Shown: positions 28,874-40,417, numbered from the stretch's first letter. The stretch is DNA of 64,000 nucleotides from Candidatus Zambryskiibacteriota bacterium (GCA_003173855.1 PPGI01000010.1:148696-212695); one strand, 5' to 3'. Notes: a model not told the origin generated them from the sequence alone. Numbers and translations are program-made.

Positions 28874-29977
28874 ATGAAAAAACTGAAGTTTGATATACCT
28901 TTTTTTATTTCCGTCCTGATTCTTGTTATTGTCGGGTACCTTATCTTTTTTTCCGCATCAATGGGCTTGCTTTCAAGTCAGGCAGCAAAATATAAGGGAG
29001 TAGCCTTCAACCAGACAGTTTTTGGTCTCATTTTAGGTTCCATTGCTTGTTTTATTACAGCAAATATTGATTATAGAATTTATCGAAAATTTTCATTTTA
29101 TATTTTTGTTGGATCAATAATTGCAACATTGCTTGTCTTTGTTCCACATCTTGGTGTTGGTCATGGTGGGGCAAATCGCTGGATTTACATCGGATCTTTC
29201 TCGCTTCAAACATCAGAATTTTTGAAAATTGGCTTTATAATGTTTTTCTCTGCTTGGGTTGCAAAAGCAAAAGACAAAACAGGAACTTTAAAAGGCGGTC
29301 TTATTCCATTTGTAATTTTAATAGGAATTGTTGGTGCGATTCTTTTAAAACAACCAGATACTGATACTTTTTTGATTATTGCTTTTGCTGGATTAGCAAT
29401 ATTTTTAGCAGGAGGTGGAAAGTGGAATCATATACTTTTAATGGGACTTTGTGGTCTATTGGCATTAACGATACTTGCCTTTGCGAGACCATACGTTATG
29501 AGTCGTATTAACACTTTTCTAAATCCAAAAGATAACGCACTTGGTAGCGGTTACCAAATACAACAATCACTGATTGCAATTGGAAATGGCGGAATTTTTG
29601 GTCGCGGTTTTGGCCAATCAGTTCAGAAGTTTAACGTTTTGCCAGAACCAATAGGGGATTCGATCTTTGCAGTTTTTGGAGAAGAGTTTGGATTTTTAGG
29701 AACAGTTTCGTTAATTTTATTGTTCGTATTTTTTGCATTTCGCGGTCTTAAAATTGCCGGTCAAATTCCGGATGCCTTTGGTAGACTTATGATTGTCGGT
29801 ATTGTTATACTGATTGTGTCTCAAGCTTTTGTAAATATTGGAGCAATGGTTGGTGTACTGCCTCTTTCTGGCATTACGCTCCCATTTGTCAGTCATGGTG
29901 GGACGGCATTGTTTATGACATTGGCTGAAGTCGGAATTATCCTAAATATATCAAAATCGCGAAAAATAGTTAAATAA
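28874..29977 (+). CDS. ftsW: SEDS-family peptidoglycan glycosyltransferase FtsW/RodA
   Basis: 10 TM, SEDS pattern; between mraY and murG. Confidence 0.85.
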   Translation: MKKLKFDIPFFISVLILVIVGYLIFFSASMGLLSSQAAKYKGVAFNQTVFGLILGSIACFITANIDYRIYRKFSFYIFVGSIIATLLVFVPHLGVGHGGANRWIYIGSFSLQTSEFLKIGFIMFFSAWVAKAKDKTGTLKGGLIPFVILIGIVGAILLKQPDTDTFLIIAFAGLAIFLAGGGKWNHILLMGLCGLLALTILAFARPYVMSRINTFLNPKDNALGSGYQIQQSLIAIGNGGIFGRGFGQSVQKFNVLPEPIGDSIFAVFGEEFGFLGTVSLILLFVFFAFRGLKIAGQIPDAFGRLMIVGIVILIVSQAFVNIGAMVGVLPLSGITLPFVSHGGTALFMTLAEVGIILNISKSRKIVK

Positions 29978-29982
29978 TTGAT

Positions 29983-31122
29983 ATGAAAATACTTCTTACA
30001 GGTGGCGGAACTGGCGGGCATTTTTATCCAGTCATTGCGGTTGCACAGCAAATTAATGAGATAGCTAAGGAAAATCGACTAGTTCGTCCAGAAATTTATT
30101 TCATGTCTACAGATCCGTACAATGAAGGATTACTTTTTGAAAATAATATTCAATTTGAACAGGTAATTTCTGGAAAAATTCGCCGAAAAAAATCTTTAGC
30201 CAATCAATTTTTAAATTTTTTTGATCTTTGGAAGATTTTCTTCGGATCAATCGAGGCTATTTGGAGAATGTTTGTTATTTATCCAGATGTAGTTTTTTCT
30301 AAAGGTGGTTACGCTAGTTTTCCGGCACTATTAGCTGCAAGAATTTTGCGAATTCCAGTGGTTATTCACGAGTCAGACTCTGAACCTGGCAAAGTAAGTC
30401 GTTGGTCATCTAAATTTGCTCAGAAAATTGCCATTTCATATCCTGAAGCTATTACATTTTTTCCAAAAGACAAAACTGCATATACCGGAAATCCACTAAG
30501 AAAAGATATTGAAGAAGCTCTACCTTCGGGAGGTCACGCTTTTTTTAATTTTGATCAAAATATTCCTACAATATTAGTGCTTGGCGGTTCGCAAGGTGCA
30601 CGATTTATAAATACAATAATAATGGATTTGCTGCCAGAATTGATCGAAAAATATCAAATTATCCATCAAACCGGAAAAAATAATTACAAAATTATTTTAG
30701 AAACCCGGGATGTGGTTCTTGCAAAAAATCCACACATTGATCGCTATAAGCCATATGACTATTTAAATACTATTAATCTGCGAGCAGCAGCTGGAGCAGC
30801 AGATCTAATTATCTCTAGAGCTGGGTCAACTATTTTTGAAATCGCTTCTTGGGCGAAACCTTCGATTATCATTCCAATTCCAGAAGAAACTTCTCACGAT
30901 CAAAGATTAAATGCTTATTCATACGCTCGGACTGGCGCGGCAGAAGTTATTGAAGAAAAAAATTTTTCACAAGGTGTTTTACTTTCGGAAATTGAAAGAA
31001 TTATTTCTGATAAAAATTTAAGAGAAAAAATGTCAACTGCTGCTAAAAATTTCGCGAGGCGCGATGCAGCACGGTTAATTGGTCAGGAAATTATGTCTAT
31101 CGCTATTGAACATGAAAAATAA
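29983..31122 (+). CDS. murG: UDP-N-acetylglucosamine--N-acetylmuramyl-(pentapeptide) pyrophosphoryl-undecaprenol N-acetylglucosamine transferase
   Basis: MKILLTGGGTGGHFYP N-terminus, GT28 C-terminal domain. Confidence 0.9.
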   Translation: MKILLTGGGTGGHFYPVIAVAQQINEIAKENRLVRPEIYFMSTDPYNEGLLFENNIQFEQVISGKIRRKKSLANQFLNFFDLWKIFFGSIEAIWRMFVIYPDVVFSKGGYASFPALLAARILRIPVVIHESDSEPGKVSRWSSKFAQKIAISYPEAITFFPKDKTAYTGNPLRKDIEEALPSGGHAFFNFDQNIPTILVLGGSQGARFINTIIMDLLPELIEKYQIIHQTGKNNYKIILETRDVVLAKNPHIDRYKPYDYLNTINLRAAAGAADLIISRAGSTIFEIASWAKPSIIIPIPEETSHDQRLNAYSYARTGAAEVIEEKNFSQGVLLSEIERIISDKNLREKMSTAAKNFARRDAARLIGQEIMSIAIEHEK

Positions 31123-32428
31123 CGAAATAGTTGTAAGAATACCTCCTTCACCGACTGGCTATTTTCACGTAGGAAGAGCAAGGACAGCGTTGTTTAACTA
31201 TTTGTTTGCCAAGAAAAATGGAGGCAAAATTGTTTTTCGTATTGAAGACACTGATAAAGAACGTTCAAAAAGAGAATTTGAAGAAGACATTGTTGAAAGT
31301 TTAAAATGGCTCGGAATAACTTACGATGAAGGCCCGTTTCGGCAGTCAGAAAGAAATGATATCTATCGAGAGTCCATTCAAAAAATGATAAAGAATGGTT
31401 CAGCTTACATTTCCGAAGAATCTGAAGGATCGAATAAGGAGGTGGTTCGCTTTAAAAATCCTGGAGGAAAAATAAAATTTGAAGATATTATTCGTGGTGA
31501 AGTTGAAATGGAAATTGATGATTTAAAAGATTTTATTATTGCAAAAAATATAGACGAGCCTCTGTATCATTTAACTGTTGTTGTCGATGATTTTTTAATG
31601 GGAGTTACACATATTATTCGAGGAGATGATGGTATTTCAAATACTCCTAGACAAATTTTACTTCAGGAGGCTATTGGTGCCCCTAGGCCAAAGTATGCAC
31701 ACGTACCCCTAATCCTCGCGCCAGATAAAAGTAAGATGTCAGCAAGACATGGTGCAGTTTCACTTCGAGATTTTAGGGAGGCAGGTTATCTTCCAGAAGC
31801 AATAGTCAATTTTCTAGGGCTATTAGGCTTTAATCCTGGTGGAGAAAGGGAAATTTATAAAATGTCTGAACTGATTGAGGTTTTTGATTTAAGCCGTGTA
31901 CAAAAGGGTGGTGCTGTCTTTAATACGGAAAAATTGGATTGGATAAATAAAGAGCACATAAAGCTTCTGTCTGAAAAGGAAAGGAATGAAACCATCAAAA
32001 AATATTTAGAAAAAAACGGATTCAAAAATCCAAACCCTAAAATATTTCCAATTATTTTTGAACATATTTCAAAATGGGGTGATATAGACAAAATGACTAG
32101 GGAAGGGGAGTTGGATTTTTATTTTAAAACACCTGAATACGAAACTCACCTACTCTTCTGGAAAGGGAAGGAAGATAAAGAAACAACTAAAAAACATTTA
32201 AATTGGATTCTAGAAAAAATTTCAACTGTTGACTTTGAATCAGTAGAATCTGCAAAAAATTTGATATTTGATTATGCAACAGAACAAGGACGCGGTGAAG
32301 TTCTTTGGCCTCTTCGCGTTGCCCTTTCTGGTAAGGAAAAGTCTCCTGATCCGTTTACTTTACTATATGTTTTGGGGTCTGTGGAGAGCAAAAAAAGGAT
32401 AGAAAATGCTATAAATAAACTGTCGTGA
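31112..32428 (+). CDS. gltX: glutamyl-tRNA synthetase
   Basis: class I HIGH-type PSPTGYFHVGRAR, KMSARHG; start at ATG 31112 (track begins at upstream alt start 31079 overlapping murG). Confidence 0.9.
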   Translation: MKNNEIVVRIPPSPTGYFHVGRARTALFNYLFAKKNGGKIVFRIEDTDKERSKREFEEDIVESLKWLGITYDEGPFRQSERNDIYRESIQKMIKNGSAYISEESEGSNKEVVRFKNPGGKIKFEDIIRGEVEMEIDDLKDFIIAKNIDEPLYHLTVVVDDFLMGVTHIIRGDDGISNTPRQILLQEAIGAPRPKYAHVPLILAPDKSKMSARHGAVSLRDFREAGYLPEAIVNFLGLLGFNPGGEREIYKMSELIEVFDLSRVQKGGAVFNTEKLDWINKEHIKLLSEKERNETIKKYLEKNGFKNPNPKIFPIIFEHISKWGDIDKMTREGELDFYFKTPEYETHLLFWKGKEDKETTKKHLNWILEKISTVDFESVESAKNLIFDYATEQGRGEVLWPLRVALSGKEKSPDPFTLLYVLGSVESKKRIENAINKLS

Positions 32429-33684
32429 AATGGAAGTTAGTTTGGTTAATTATAATTTTTTCACTTGGAATTAAGGTGTATGCAGATACACAGGAAGATT
32501 TGCAATCAAAAATTGATGAGCGAAATCAGCAAATAAAACAACTTGAACAAGAAATTAGCCAATATAATTCTGAGGTAACCAATGCTTCAAATCAGGCAAG
32601 AACTCTTCAAAATACTCTAAAAACCCTCAATTTAACTCAAAGAAAAATAGGCGCAGATATTAGCTTAACTCAAAATAAGATCACGAAAGCCAATCTTACC
32701 ATCGATCAGCTTAGCGGCCAGATCGAAGACACAAAAGCTCATATCGATCTTAATAAGAAAGCAATTGCTAGTGCTATCAAGTATGATCAATCCATCGAGG
32801 ATATTGGTATTGTTGGAATAATTTTATCAAAATCAAATATTGGTGATATTTGGAATGACCTTGATTCAACACATGAGATACAATCGACAATTCGTAATAA
32901 ATCTAAAGAACTTTCTCTCCTTCAATCCAATATAGAAAACCAGCAAAGTGCTGTTACTGATCAAAAAAATAATCTAGTTCGACTGCAAAAAGATCTAGGT
33001 GGTAAACGCGAAGCTATTCAGGAAACTGTTAAGGAGCAAAACAGCTTGCTAGTTCAAACAAAAAATAAGGAACAAACATTCAAAGATTTAGTCCAACAAA
33101 AGGAGATTCAAAAAGCTCAGTTTGAAAAAGACGTCTTTAATTTCGAATCGCAGCTTCACTTACAAATTGATAAAACAAGCTATCCCGCTCCACAACACGG
33201 AATTCTCTCATGGCCATTGGATAATGTTTTTATAACTCAAGGATTTGGTAAAACCGTTGGTGCAGAAAAATTATATGTTTCCGGCTCGCATAATGGTGTT
33301 GATTTTAGAGCTTCAATCGGAACAGCTGTAAAAAATGTCCTGGCTGGCACAATTGTTGGCACTGGAAACACTGATGCTTACCCAGGCTGCTATTCATTCG
33401 GTAAATGGGTTATGGTCAAGCATGACAACGGCCTTTCAACTATTTATGGACATCTTTCAGCAATAAGTGTATCTAATGGAGACCATATTCAAACCGGTGA
33501 TTTAATTGGATACACTGGCAATACTGGCTATACAACTGGCCCGCATCTCCACATTAGTGTTTATGCTACTCAAGGTGTTCGAATCGAAAAATTTGTAAAT
33601 AGTAGGGGCTGTAAAGAAGCAATTTTGCCTTTAGCAGATACTGCTGCCTACCTTGACCCTCTAGCCTATTTTCCAAGCTTATAA
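32425..33684 (+). CDS. M23 family metalloendopeptidase with N-terminal coiled coil (EnvC-like)
   Basis: signal/TM, long Q/L-rich coiled coil, M23 motifs HNGVDF and GPHLHISV. Confidence 0.85.
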   Translation: MKWKLVWLIIIFSLGIKVYADTQEDLQSKIDERNQQIKQLEQEISQYNSEVTNASNQARTLQNTLKTLNLTQRKIGADISLTQNKITKANLTIDQLSGQIEDTKAHIDLNKKAIASAIKYDQSIEDIGIVGIILSKSNIGDIWNDLDSTHEIQSTIRNKSKELSLLQSNIENQQSAVTDQKNNLVRLQKDLGGKREAIQETVKEQNSLLVQTKNKEQTFKDLVQQKEIQKAQFEKDVFNFESQLHLQIDKTSYPAPQHGILSWPLDNVFITQGFGKTVGAEKLYVSGSHNGVDFRASIGTAVKNVLAGTIVGTGNTDAYPGCYSFGKWVMVKHDNGLSTIYGHLSAISVSNGDHIQTGDLIGYTGNTGYTTGPHLHISVYATQGVRIEKFVNSRGCKEAILPLADTAAYLDPLAYFPSL

Positions 33685-33759
33685 AAGGGGATAATCCTCT
33701 TACAACATCAAATATTAATGGTATAATTTTTTTAGTTATTAGCACATTAATTATTTGTT

Positions 33760-34359
33760 ATGTTTAAAAAAAATAAGCAAGAAATTTATGTCGGTGTCGG
33801 AATTCTAATAGTTCTTGTGATTATTATTGCTTATTGGTTGCAAGACAACACAAGTTATACAGTTGTTCCTGTAAACCAATATTCGCAATCTGGGCAGCAA
33901 GGATCAAAAAATGTTGTTTCAAGTAAAAATGTTCTTCCAATTTATACAATAATCGTAGGCGGAAGCACAAATACTTTTGAATTGCACGCACATGATATTG
34001 CTGGACTACATACCGGCCCAACAGGAGTTGCCCAGCAAGGACTCCCTCTTTATGAAAGCAAGATTCCTGGTTCAAGTTTTGCAATGTCATCAAATCAAGA
34101 GACTTTAATTCTAGATTCTAAGAATCCATATACAGTCGATATTTATGGAAAATCGCCATCATTTATAAATATTACTGTTATGGTGTCAAAAGCAGGGGAT
34201 AGCAAACCAACTATTTATGTCTCCCCTAATAATTTCCAAACTGTTTATGGTTCAAAAACAACTATAAATCTGCCACTAGGGAATGGCGTTCCAGTTCTTC
34301 AAATTGATACTAACAGTGACGGTGTAGTTGATTCACAAGTTACAATGAAACTTCAATGA
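33760..34359 (+). CDS. hypothetical membrane-anchored secreted protein
   Basis: N-terminal TM; no motif recognised. Confidence 0.45.
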   Translation: MFKKNKQEIYVGVGILIVLVIIIAYWLQDNTSYTVVPVNQYSQSGQQGSKNVVSSKNVLPIYTIIVGGSTNTFELHAHDIAGLHTGPTGVAQQGLPLYESKIPGSSFAMSSNQETLILDSKNPYTVDIYGKSPSFINITVMVSKAGDSKPTIYVSPNNFQTVYGSKTTINLPLGNGVPVLQIDTNSDGVVDSQVTMKLQ

Positions 34360-34534
34360 TAATTAAAGTCATCAGTATAGTCATGGTACCAAAGATATAT
34401 TGTGCGACATACTCTAATTCTACTTCCCTCAGAAAATAAACAAGAAAAAAGGAGAAACCAAAAAATAAGACTTCTCTTCCCTAAAGATTTAGACCGATAA
34501 AAAGTAAATAATATAAGACAAGACAAAAACAAAA

Positions 34535-34562
34535 GCTCCCTATTTCGGGAGCCTTTGTTTTT
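34535..34562. terminator. Rho-independent terminator (bidirectional)
   Basis: gctccc-tatttc-gggagc stem with A-run upstream and T-run downstream. Confidence 0.6.
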
Positions 34563-34566
34563 AAGT

Positions 34567-35043
34567 TTATTTAGAGTTTATTGCTAACTGACTTGATTCA
34601 AGTTTCGCTGCATCTGTTTTACCCCAACAAGCTTTTGAAGACTTCCAAGGAGCTGTTCCTTTATCCTCGTAAAGCTCACGGGCATATGCAGTGTTACCAG
34701 AAATTGTGTAGATATCGTAGTTCTCCGAAGTCGCTCTATCCAAGTGATAATGTTCGTTGATTTGCATCACACCAACATCTTCTGGATTAACTAAACCTCT
34801 ATGAACATCACCATCAGAGTCTAATTGTCGGAAGTGTGATTCACATCGAGCAATTTCGATCATAACAGGAATGTCTTTGAAGTACTGTCTTACATATTGT
34901 TCTGTAGACATGAGATTCTCTACATCCTTGTTGTCAATCTGCCTAACAAGTGTACTTTCAGTAACACTGTTTTCTATCTTCGGAGTTGTTGTCGGCATTA
35001 GTGTACTGACCCCACCCGTAATAGAATTCAAAACCATAAACAA
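34567..35043 (-). CDS. secreted lysozyme-like / transglycosylase-like domain protein
   Basis: signal peptide; IARCESHFRQ ... GVMQINEHYH pattern reminiscent of transglycosylase-like (CES..Q-I) folds. Confidence 0.45.
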   Translation of the reverse strand: MFMVLNSITGGVSTLMPTTTPKIENSVTESTLVRQIDNKDVENLMSTEQYVRQYFKDIPVMIEIARCESHFRQLDSDGDVHRGLVNPEDVGVMQINEHYHLDRATSENYDIYTISGNTAYARELYEDKGTAPWKSSKACWGKTDAAKLESSQLAINSK

Positions 35044-35308
35044 ACTGATAGCTGTGAAATTAAGAATACTCTTTGCTTAAGTAATAATTCTGTAAGACTG
35101 CTTTAACGGAAAAACTCAGATTTCCTGAGTTGGATATAGTATAACATATTCATGAATAATGTCAATGTTTAGGACACGAAAGTACGTTTTGTAAAGTCCT
35201 AAAATATGGCTCTAACTAGCTGTCAAATTGGCAAATTCATAAGACATTATTTCTAAAAATTAATCAAACTTTACAGATTAGTTACGTTATTTTACACCAA
35301 ATTTGAGC

Positions 35309-35812
35309 TTAAACGAGCATCAAAAGGGCTACTGGCACTAAATTCCACCAAATTAATCGATTTTGAGTGAATAATGAATCAAATTGCTCTGAATAATTGT
35401 GAAGGACGTCATAATTAATAGTTGTATAAGAAAAAACGATTATTAACAACACAAAAGCTAATGATAGAAATGAAAGTCTTAAAATTGATGTATTTCCATC
35501 TGCCTTAATAAATCTATCAATAATTATTGTAATTAAAACTAAAATAATTGAGAAAACTAACAACTCATTTATGACCTGTGCAAAATCACCTTTTAGGACA
35601 ATTAATTTATCTATATAAGGAAAAGTCTTATATATAAGAGTAGTTGGATAGAAAGCAAGAATAATGGAAACGAGTCTTCCCCTGCCGAAATAAAGTGAAA
35701 ATGCGAGAATCAGAATAAAAAGACTGCCTATAAATAAAGTATCACTTGAGAAATAACGAAAATAGCCAAAAATCTTTAAACCAGAACCCAGAATATTGTG
35801 CATACTGGCCAT
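35309..35812 (-). CDS. hypothetical membrane protein
   Basis: 4-5 predicted TM helices. Confidence 0.45.
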   Translation of the reverse strand: MASMHNILGSGLKIFGYFRYFSSDTLFIGSLFILILAFSLYFGRGRLVSIILAFYPTTLIYKTFPYIDKLIVLKGDFAQVINELLVFSIILVLITIIIDRFIKADGNTSILRLSFLSLAFVLLIIVFSYTTINYDVLHNYSEQFDSLFTQNRLIWWNLVPVALLMLV

Positions 35813-35819
35813 ACACTAA

Positions 35820-36893
35820 TTATATCCCTTCTTTTTTCAGACTTTCAACTGCCTTTCTAGCATCTTTTGATAATCTTCTTGGAATTAAGATGTGAACTTT
35901 TATCAAAATATCTCCGCGATTGCCTCTATCAGATGGAACACCTTTGCCTTTGATGCGCAAAATATCTCCGTGAGCTACTCCTTCGGGAATTTTTAGCTTA
36001 ATATCACCATCAAGAGTTTTGATTAGCTGTTCACCTCCCAAAAGTGCATCTGAAAGTTTTACATTTAAGTCCATGATCAAACTATTTCCTTCTTTTCGGA
36101 AAACTTGATGTTTTTTAACATAAATTTTGATATAGAAATCTCCTGACTGACCACCTTTAACAGCTTCGCCGGCTCCGGAAAGTCGAATCATTTCGCCGTT
36201 ATCAATTCCTTTTGGAATTTTTACTTTAATTTCTGTTTCCTTTTTGTAAACACCCTCTCCATGACAAACATGACATTTAACTCGGGGGATTTTCCCTGTT
36301 CCATGGCAAGTTGAACAAGTAGCAGTTGATTCAAATTGGCCAAAAAAGGTTCTTTTTACTTCCCTAACAGTGCCCTTTCCGTTACAAATTGTACAAGTTA
36401 TGAGTTCAGAGCCCTTTTCTGCACCTGAACCGTTACAATTTTCACAAGCCGAAGTCTTATTTAAGAGAATTGTCCTCTCAACACCAAAAACCGCCTCTTC
36501 AAATGAGAGTTCAACATCAAGCGAAATATCTCTGCCTCGTTTTGGTTCCCGTCTTCGTGATGAACCACCAAAGACATCGTTGAAAATATCTCCAAAATCG
36601 AATTCAAAACCATTTCCACCTTGTGTAAATTGAGAAAAATCGAAACCTCCAAAACCAGATCCGCCAGAACTTGCGCCAGCTGAACTGAATGTTCTGCCAT
36701 AAGCATCATACTCTGCTCTCTTTCGATCATCAGAGAGTACAGAATAAGCTTCATTTATTTCTTTGAATTTTTCTGCGTCTCCTGTTTTTTTGTCGGGATG
36801 ATATTTGTGAGCTAGATTACGAAAGGCTTTTTTTATTTCTTCCTTGTTTGCTTTTTTGTCGATGCCAAGAATTTGGTAATAGTCTTTTGCCAT
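35820..36893 (-). CDS. dnaJ: chaperone DnaJ
   Basis: J domain with HPD (YHPDKK), G/F-rich linker, four CxxCxGxG zinc-finger repeats. Confidence 0.95.
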   Translation of the reverse strand: MAKDYYQILGIDKKANKEEIKKAFRNLAHKYHPDKKTGDAEKFKEINEAYSVLSDDRKRAEYDAYGRTFSSAGASSGGSGFGGFDFSQFTQGGNGFEFDFGDIFNDVFGGSSRRREPKRGRDISLDVELSFEEAVFGVERTILLNKTSACENCNGSGAEKGSELITCTICNGKGTVREVKRTFFGQFESTATCSTCHGTGKIPRVKCHVCHGEGVYKKETEIKVKIPKGIDNGEMIRLSGAGEAVKGGQSGDFYIKIYVKKHQVFRKEGNSLIMDLNVKLSDALLGGEQLIKTLDGDIKLKIPEGVAHGDILRIKGKGVPSDRGNRGDILIKVHILIPRRLSKDARKAVESLKKEGI

Positions 36894-36987
36894 ATTATTT
36901 TTACATTATATTCTTTTTGAATTTTCTGTGAACTTGACTCTAGGTTAGTTTTATTCTGTCACCCAATTTTAATGTAGTTTCCTTGAC

Positions 36988-38880
36988 TTATTTGTTATCT
37001 TCTGGTTTCTTTTCTTCAAAGTCAGCATCGCGGACTTTTTCCTCTTCCTTTGGTGACGTCTGACTCTGTTCTTGGGCGGCTTTATTTAGAATTTCTCCAA
37101 TTTTTTGAAGTTCAGTTGATAGAGTTTGAGTCGAGGATTTTATTTGGTCAATGTTTTCCCCATCTTTAGCTTTTTTTAGATCGGCAACTTTTGTTTCAAT
37201 TGAGTTTTTAAGGTCAGCCGGAACCTTATCACCTGCATCCCGAAGAGACTTCTCTACTGTATAGATTAGCTGTTCTGCAATATTTTTAGCCTCAACAAGA
37301 TCTTTTTTCTTTGCGTCCTCACTTGCATGAGCTTCGGCATCTTTTTGCATTTTATCAATGTCCTCTTTTGAAAGACTTGAACGTGCTTCGATTCGAATTG
37401 ATTGCTCCTTGTTTGTTGCCTTGTCCTTTGCTTTGACAGAAAGGATACCGTTTGCATCAACATCAAATGTCACTTCAATTTGTGGCATGCCTCGCTGAGC
37501 TGGTGGGATTCCATCTAGAATAAATCGTCCAAGAGATTTGTTGTCAGATGCCATTGCTCGCTCTCCTTGCACAATATGTATTTCAACTTGAGTCTGATTA
37601 TCTGCAGCTGTAGAGAATATTTGTGATCGAGAAGCAGGAATTGTGGTATTTTTATCAATCAATTTAGTTGCCACTCCTCCCATAGTCTCGATTCCAAGTG
37701 AAAGTGGAATAACGTCGAGCAAAAGCACGTCTTTAACATCACCAGAAAGAATTCCTCCCTGAATTGCTGCTCCAAGAGCTACAACTTCATCAGGATTAAT
37801 TGATTTGTTTGGTTCTTTGCCAAAATAAGCTTTCACTCTTTCTTGAATTTTTGGCATTCGAGTCTGACCTCCTACCAAAATAACCTCATTAATCTGGCTA
37901 GTTGTGAACCCTGATGATTCAAGTGCTCGTTTTGTAATCTGCATTGCGCGCTCAACCAAATCGCTAGCCAATTCTTCTAGTTTTGCTCGACTAATTTTAA
38001 TAAGAAGGTGTCGTGGGCCAGAAGCGTCTGAAGTTATAAATGGAATGTTTACTTCAGTTTCGACTGCCGTTGAAAGTTCAATTTTAGCTTTTTCTGCTGC
38101 TTCATCTAGTCTCTGCAAAGCCAAAGTATCTCCTCTTAAATCAATCCCAGAATCTTTTTTAAATTCGTCAGCCAAAAAGTTAATGATTTTCTGATCGATA
38201 TCTTTTCCTCCTAGATGTGAGTCCCCATCTGTTGATTTAACTTCAATTACTGCATCCCCTACCTCAAGAATGGAGATATCAAATGTACCGCCACCGAAGT
38301 CAAAAACAGCTATTTTCTCCTCTTTTTGACCTTTATCGAAGCCGTAAGCCAGAGCTGCGGCTGTTGGTTCGTTTATAATGCGAAGGACGTTAAGACCGGC
38401 AATTTGACCTGCGTCTTTTGTCGCTTGTCGCTGTGAATCGTTAAAGTAAGCTGGCACAGTAATAATGGCATCTGTTACCTTTTGACCAAGCTTTGCTTCA
38501 GCATCGGCTTTTAATTTTCCCAGAATCATTGCTGAAATTTCTTCTGGAGAGTAATCTTTATCTCCCATGTGGACTTGTACACCGCCTGTAGCAGATTTTT
38601 TCACTTCAAAAGGCACTATTGCTTTATCTTTTCGAACGGCTTCATCATCGAAGTTGTGTCCGATAAATCTTTTAATTCCGAAAACTGTATTTTTTGGGTT
38701 TGTTACCGCTTGCCTTTTAGCAAGAAGTCCAACTAGTCGCTCACCAGTTTTTGATGTAGCTACTATCGAAGGAGTTGTTCTTGCTCCCTCTGAATTTTCT
38801 AATATTTTCGGCTGTCCAGCTTCCATGACTGCGACAGCACTAAATGTTGTTCCTAAATCTATTCCTATTGTTTTACTCAT
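36988..38880 (-). CDS. dnaK: chaperone DnaK (Hsp70)
   Basis: [33 protein letters not shown] signatures. Confidence 0.97.
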   Translation of the reverse strand: MSKTIGIDLGTTFSAVAVMEAGQPKILENSEGARTTPSIVATSKTGERLVGLLAKRQAVTNPKNTVFGIKRFIGHNFDDEAVRKDKAIVPFEVKKSATGGVQVHMGDKDYSPEEISAMILGKLKADAEAKLGQKVTDAIITVPAYFNDSQRQATKDAGQIAGLNVLRIINEPTAAALAYGFDKGQKEEKIAVFDFGGGTFDISILEVGDAVIEVKSTDGDSHLGGKDIDQKIINFLADEFKKDSGIDLRGDTLALQRLDEAAEKAKIELSTAVETEVNIPFITSDASGPRHLLIKISRAKLEELASDLVERAMQITKRALESSGFTTSQINEVILVGGQTRMPKIQERVKAYFGKEPNKSINPDEVVALGAAIQGGILSGDVKDVLLLDVIPLSLGIETMGGVATKLIDKNTTIPASRSQIFSTAADNQTQVEIHIVQGERAMASDNKSLGRFILDGIPPAQRGMPQIEVTFDVDANGILSVKAKDKATNKEQSIRIEARSSLSKEDIDKMQKDAEAHASEDAKKKDLVEAKNIAEQLIYTVEKSLRDAGDKVPADLKNSIETKVADLKKAKDGENIDQIKSSTQTLSTELQKIGEILNKAAQEQSQTSPKEEEKVRDADFEEKKPEDNK

Positions 38881-38927
38881 ATTTGAAATATTAATTATTT
38901 AATGTTAATTTCTAATTGGAGGTTTTC

Positions 38928-39149
38928 ATGAGAGCTATTTGGAATGGTTATCCAGACTACAAGCTTGTTTTAGTTGTTGAGACCGCCAGTGATCTTGAAG
39001 TTGTAACAAGATTCTGTGAGGATATGATCAGGCATAATCTCCAGTTCTCTATTGGTAATGCATTATCTATGCCTAGAGATCATAACGGTAATCCACACGG
39101 ATATATTCAGTTTGAGGGTCGACCTCAAACTGAATCCACCCCGCATTAA
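38928..39149 (+). CDS. hypothetical small protein (73 aa)
   Basis: GGAGG SD 7 nt upstream of ATG; stop lies in loop of terminator hairpin; may overlap dnaK promoter region. Confidence 0.35.
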   Translation: MRAIWNGYPDYKLVLVVETASDLEVVTRFCEDMIRHNLQFSIGNALSMPRDHNGNPHGYIQFEGRPQTESTPH

Positions 39150-39170
39150 TGCGGGGTTCGTTTTATATAA
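39138..39170 (+). terminator. Rho-independent terminator
   Basis: ccccgcat-ta-atgcgggg stem followed by TTCGTTTTAT. Confidence 0.65.
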
Positions 39171-39456
39171 AAGTTGGTGCACGAGGTTTAGAACCTAAAG
39201 AATAAATTCCAACTAAAACTATATAAGGATTATTTAGACTAAATTTAACTTCATTTTCTAAAAAATTAATATAGTCTTTTTCTACATCTCGTAAAAGAAT
39301 TACTCTGTTTGGATCGTCTAAATATTCAAAATCCACCAGCTTTGCTTTTAATCTTCCTGAATTTTCGTATATCCAAAATCTTGCACGAACCAAATTCCCG
39401 TTCTTGTCTTTAAGAACTTTTTCAATATATTGTGAATTTGATTTAACTATTTGCAT
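39163..39456 (-). CDS. hypothetical protein (97 aa) between grpE and dnaK
   Basis: contiguous with grpE stop; no motif. Confidence 0.4.
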   Translation of the reverse strand: MQIVKSNSQYIEKVLKDKNGNLVRARFWIYENSGRLKAKLVDFEYLDDPNRVILLRDVEKDYINFLENEVKFSLNNPYIVLVGIYSLGSKPRAPTFI

Positions 39457-40059
39457 TTAATTTTCTTTATATTCACCAACTTTAACTTTCGGTGGACGTA
39501 TCTCCTTTCCATTTAGTTCATAACCAAGCTTTAAAACCTCCAGTATTTTACCATCGTCTGATGGCTCGTCAACTTTAACGGTTTCTACAGCGTCATCTCT
39601 CCTTGAATCATACATTTCTCCTATCGGATTTATTACTTTGAGCCCGTGAGAGGTCAAAATATTGTTAAGTTGAGAATGAATGTATTCGACGCCAACTCGC
39701 CAATTTTTATCGACTTTTTCCCAAGCCACTTTGTTTTTAAAAGCACTTTCAAAAGAATCAAGTACAGGCAAAAGTTCCGAAATAACATCTGCTTTGGCGA
39801 ATTTAAGAAATTCCCGCTTGTCTTCTTCATCCTTTCTCCGAACATTTATAAATTCTGCCTTATCTCTCTGCCATTTATCCAATAATTCAGTATTTTTCTT
39901 CTCTAAATCCTTAATTCGTGCCTTAAGTTTTTCGATTTTTTGGGTGTAATCTGGAGCTGTTACTTCTGCATTATCTTCAAAGACCATATCGTCTCCTGGA
40001 TCAGTGTCCAATTCATCAGAGCTATCGTATTCTTTGGAATTTTTTTCTTCATCTTTCAT
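39457..40059 (-). CDS. grpE: nucleotide exchange factor GrpE
   Basis: coiled-coil tail and GrpE C-terminal beta domain pattern. Confidence 0.9.
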   Translation of the reverse strand: MKDEEKNSKEYDSSDELDTDPGDDMVFEDNAEVTAPDYTQKIEKLKARIKDLEKKNTELLDKWQRDKAEFINVRRKDEEDKREFLKFAKADVISELLPVLDSFESAFKNKVAWEKVDKNWRVGVEYIHSQLNNILTSHGLKVINPIGEMYDSRRDDAVETVKVDEPSDDGKILEVLKLGYELNGKEIRPPKVKVGEYKEN

Positions 40060-40149
40060 AATGTGGAGTTATTTTAACATTAAATTTATGATGGTCAAAT
40101 TAAGTTGACAAGTAGATTAAAAATGTTACCCTATGTGAGGAGGTGTGTA

Positions 40150-40359
40150 ATGAATTTAAAAGAAGTTGTCATTTTTGTTCTAAGAAAAGGAGTTCCAGTA
40201 GATATTGTATCTGATGGAGATAGAGAAGCACTGGAGTTTGTCTCAAGTATTGAACCATCAAGTGCTTGGGTAAATGCAACACTTATCGATTCTGAAGATG
40301 AAAGTCGAGAGGGTGTACTCAGACTTAAATGGGAGGACATAAAATGTAACCGCTACTAG
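40150..40359 (+). CDS. hypothetical small protein (69 aa)
   Basis: GAGGAGG SD 5 nt upstream of ATG 40150. Confidence 0.4.
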   Translation: MNLKEVVIFVLRKGVPVDIVSDGDREALEFVSSIEPSSAWVNATLIDSEDESREGVLRLKWEDIKCNRY

Positions 40360-40417
40360 ATTTTGAAAAATCGCAAGTGGCGGTTTTTCATTTATCTCTT
40401 GCTCCAATTAGGAGTAC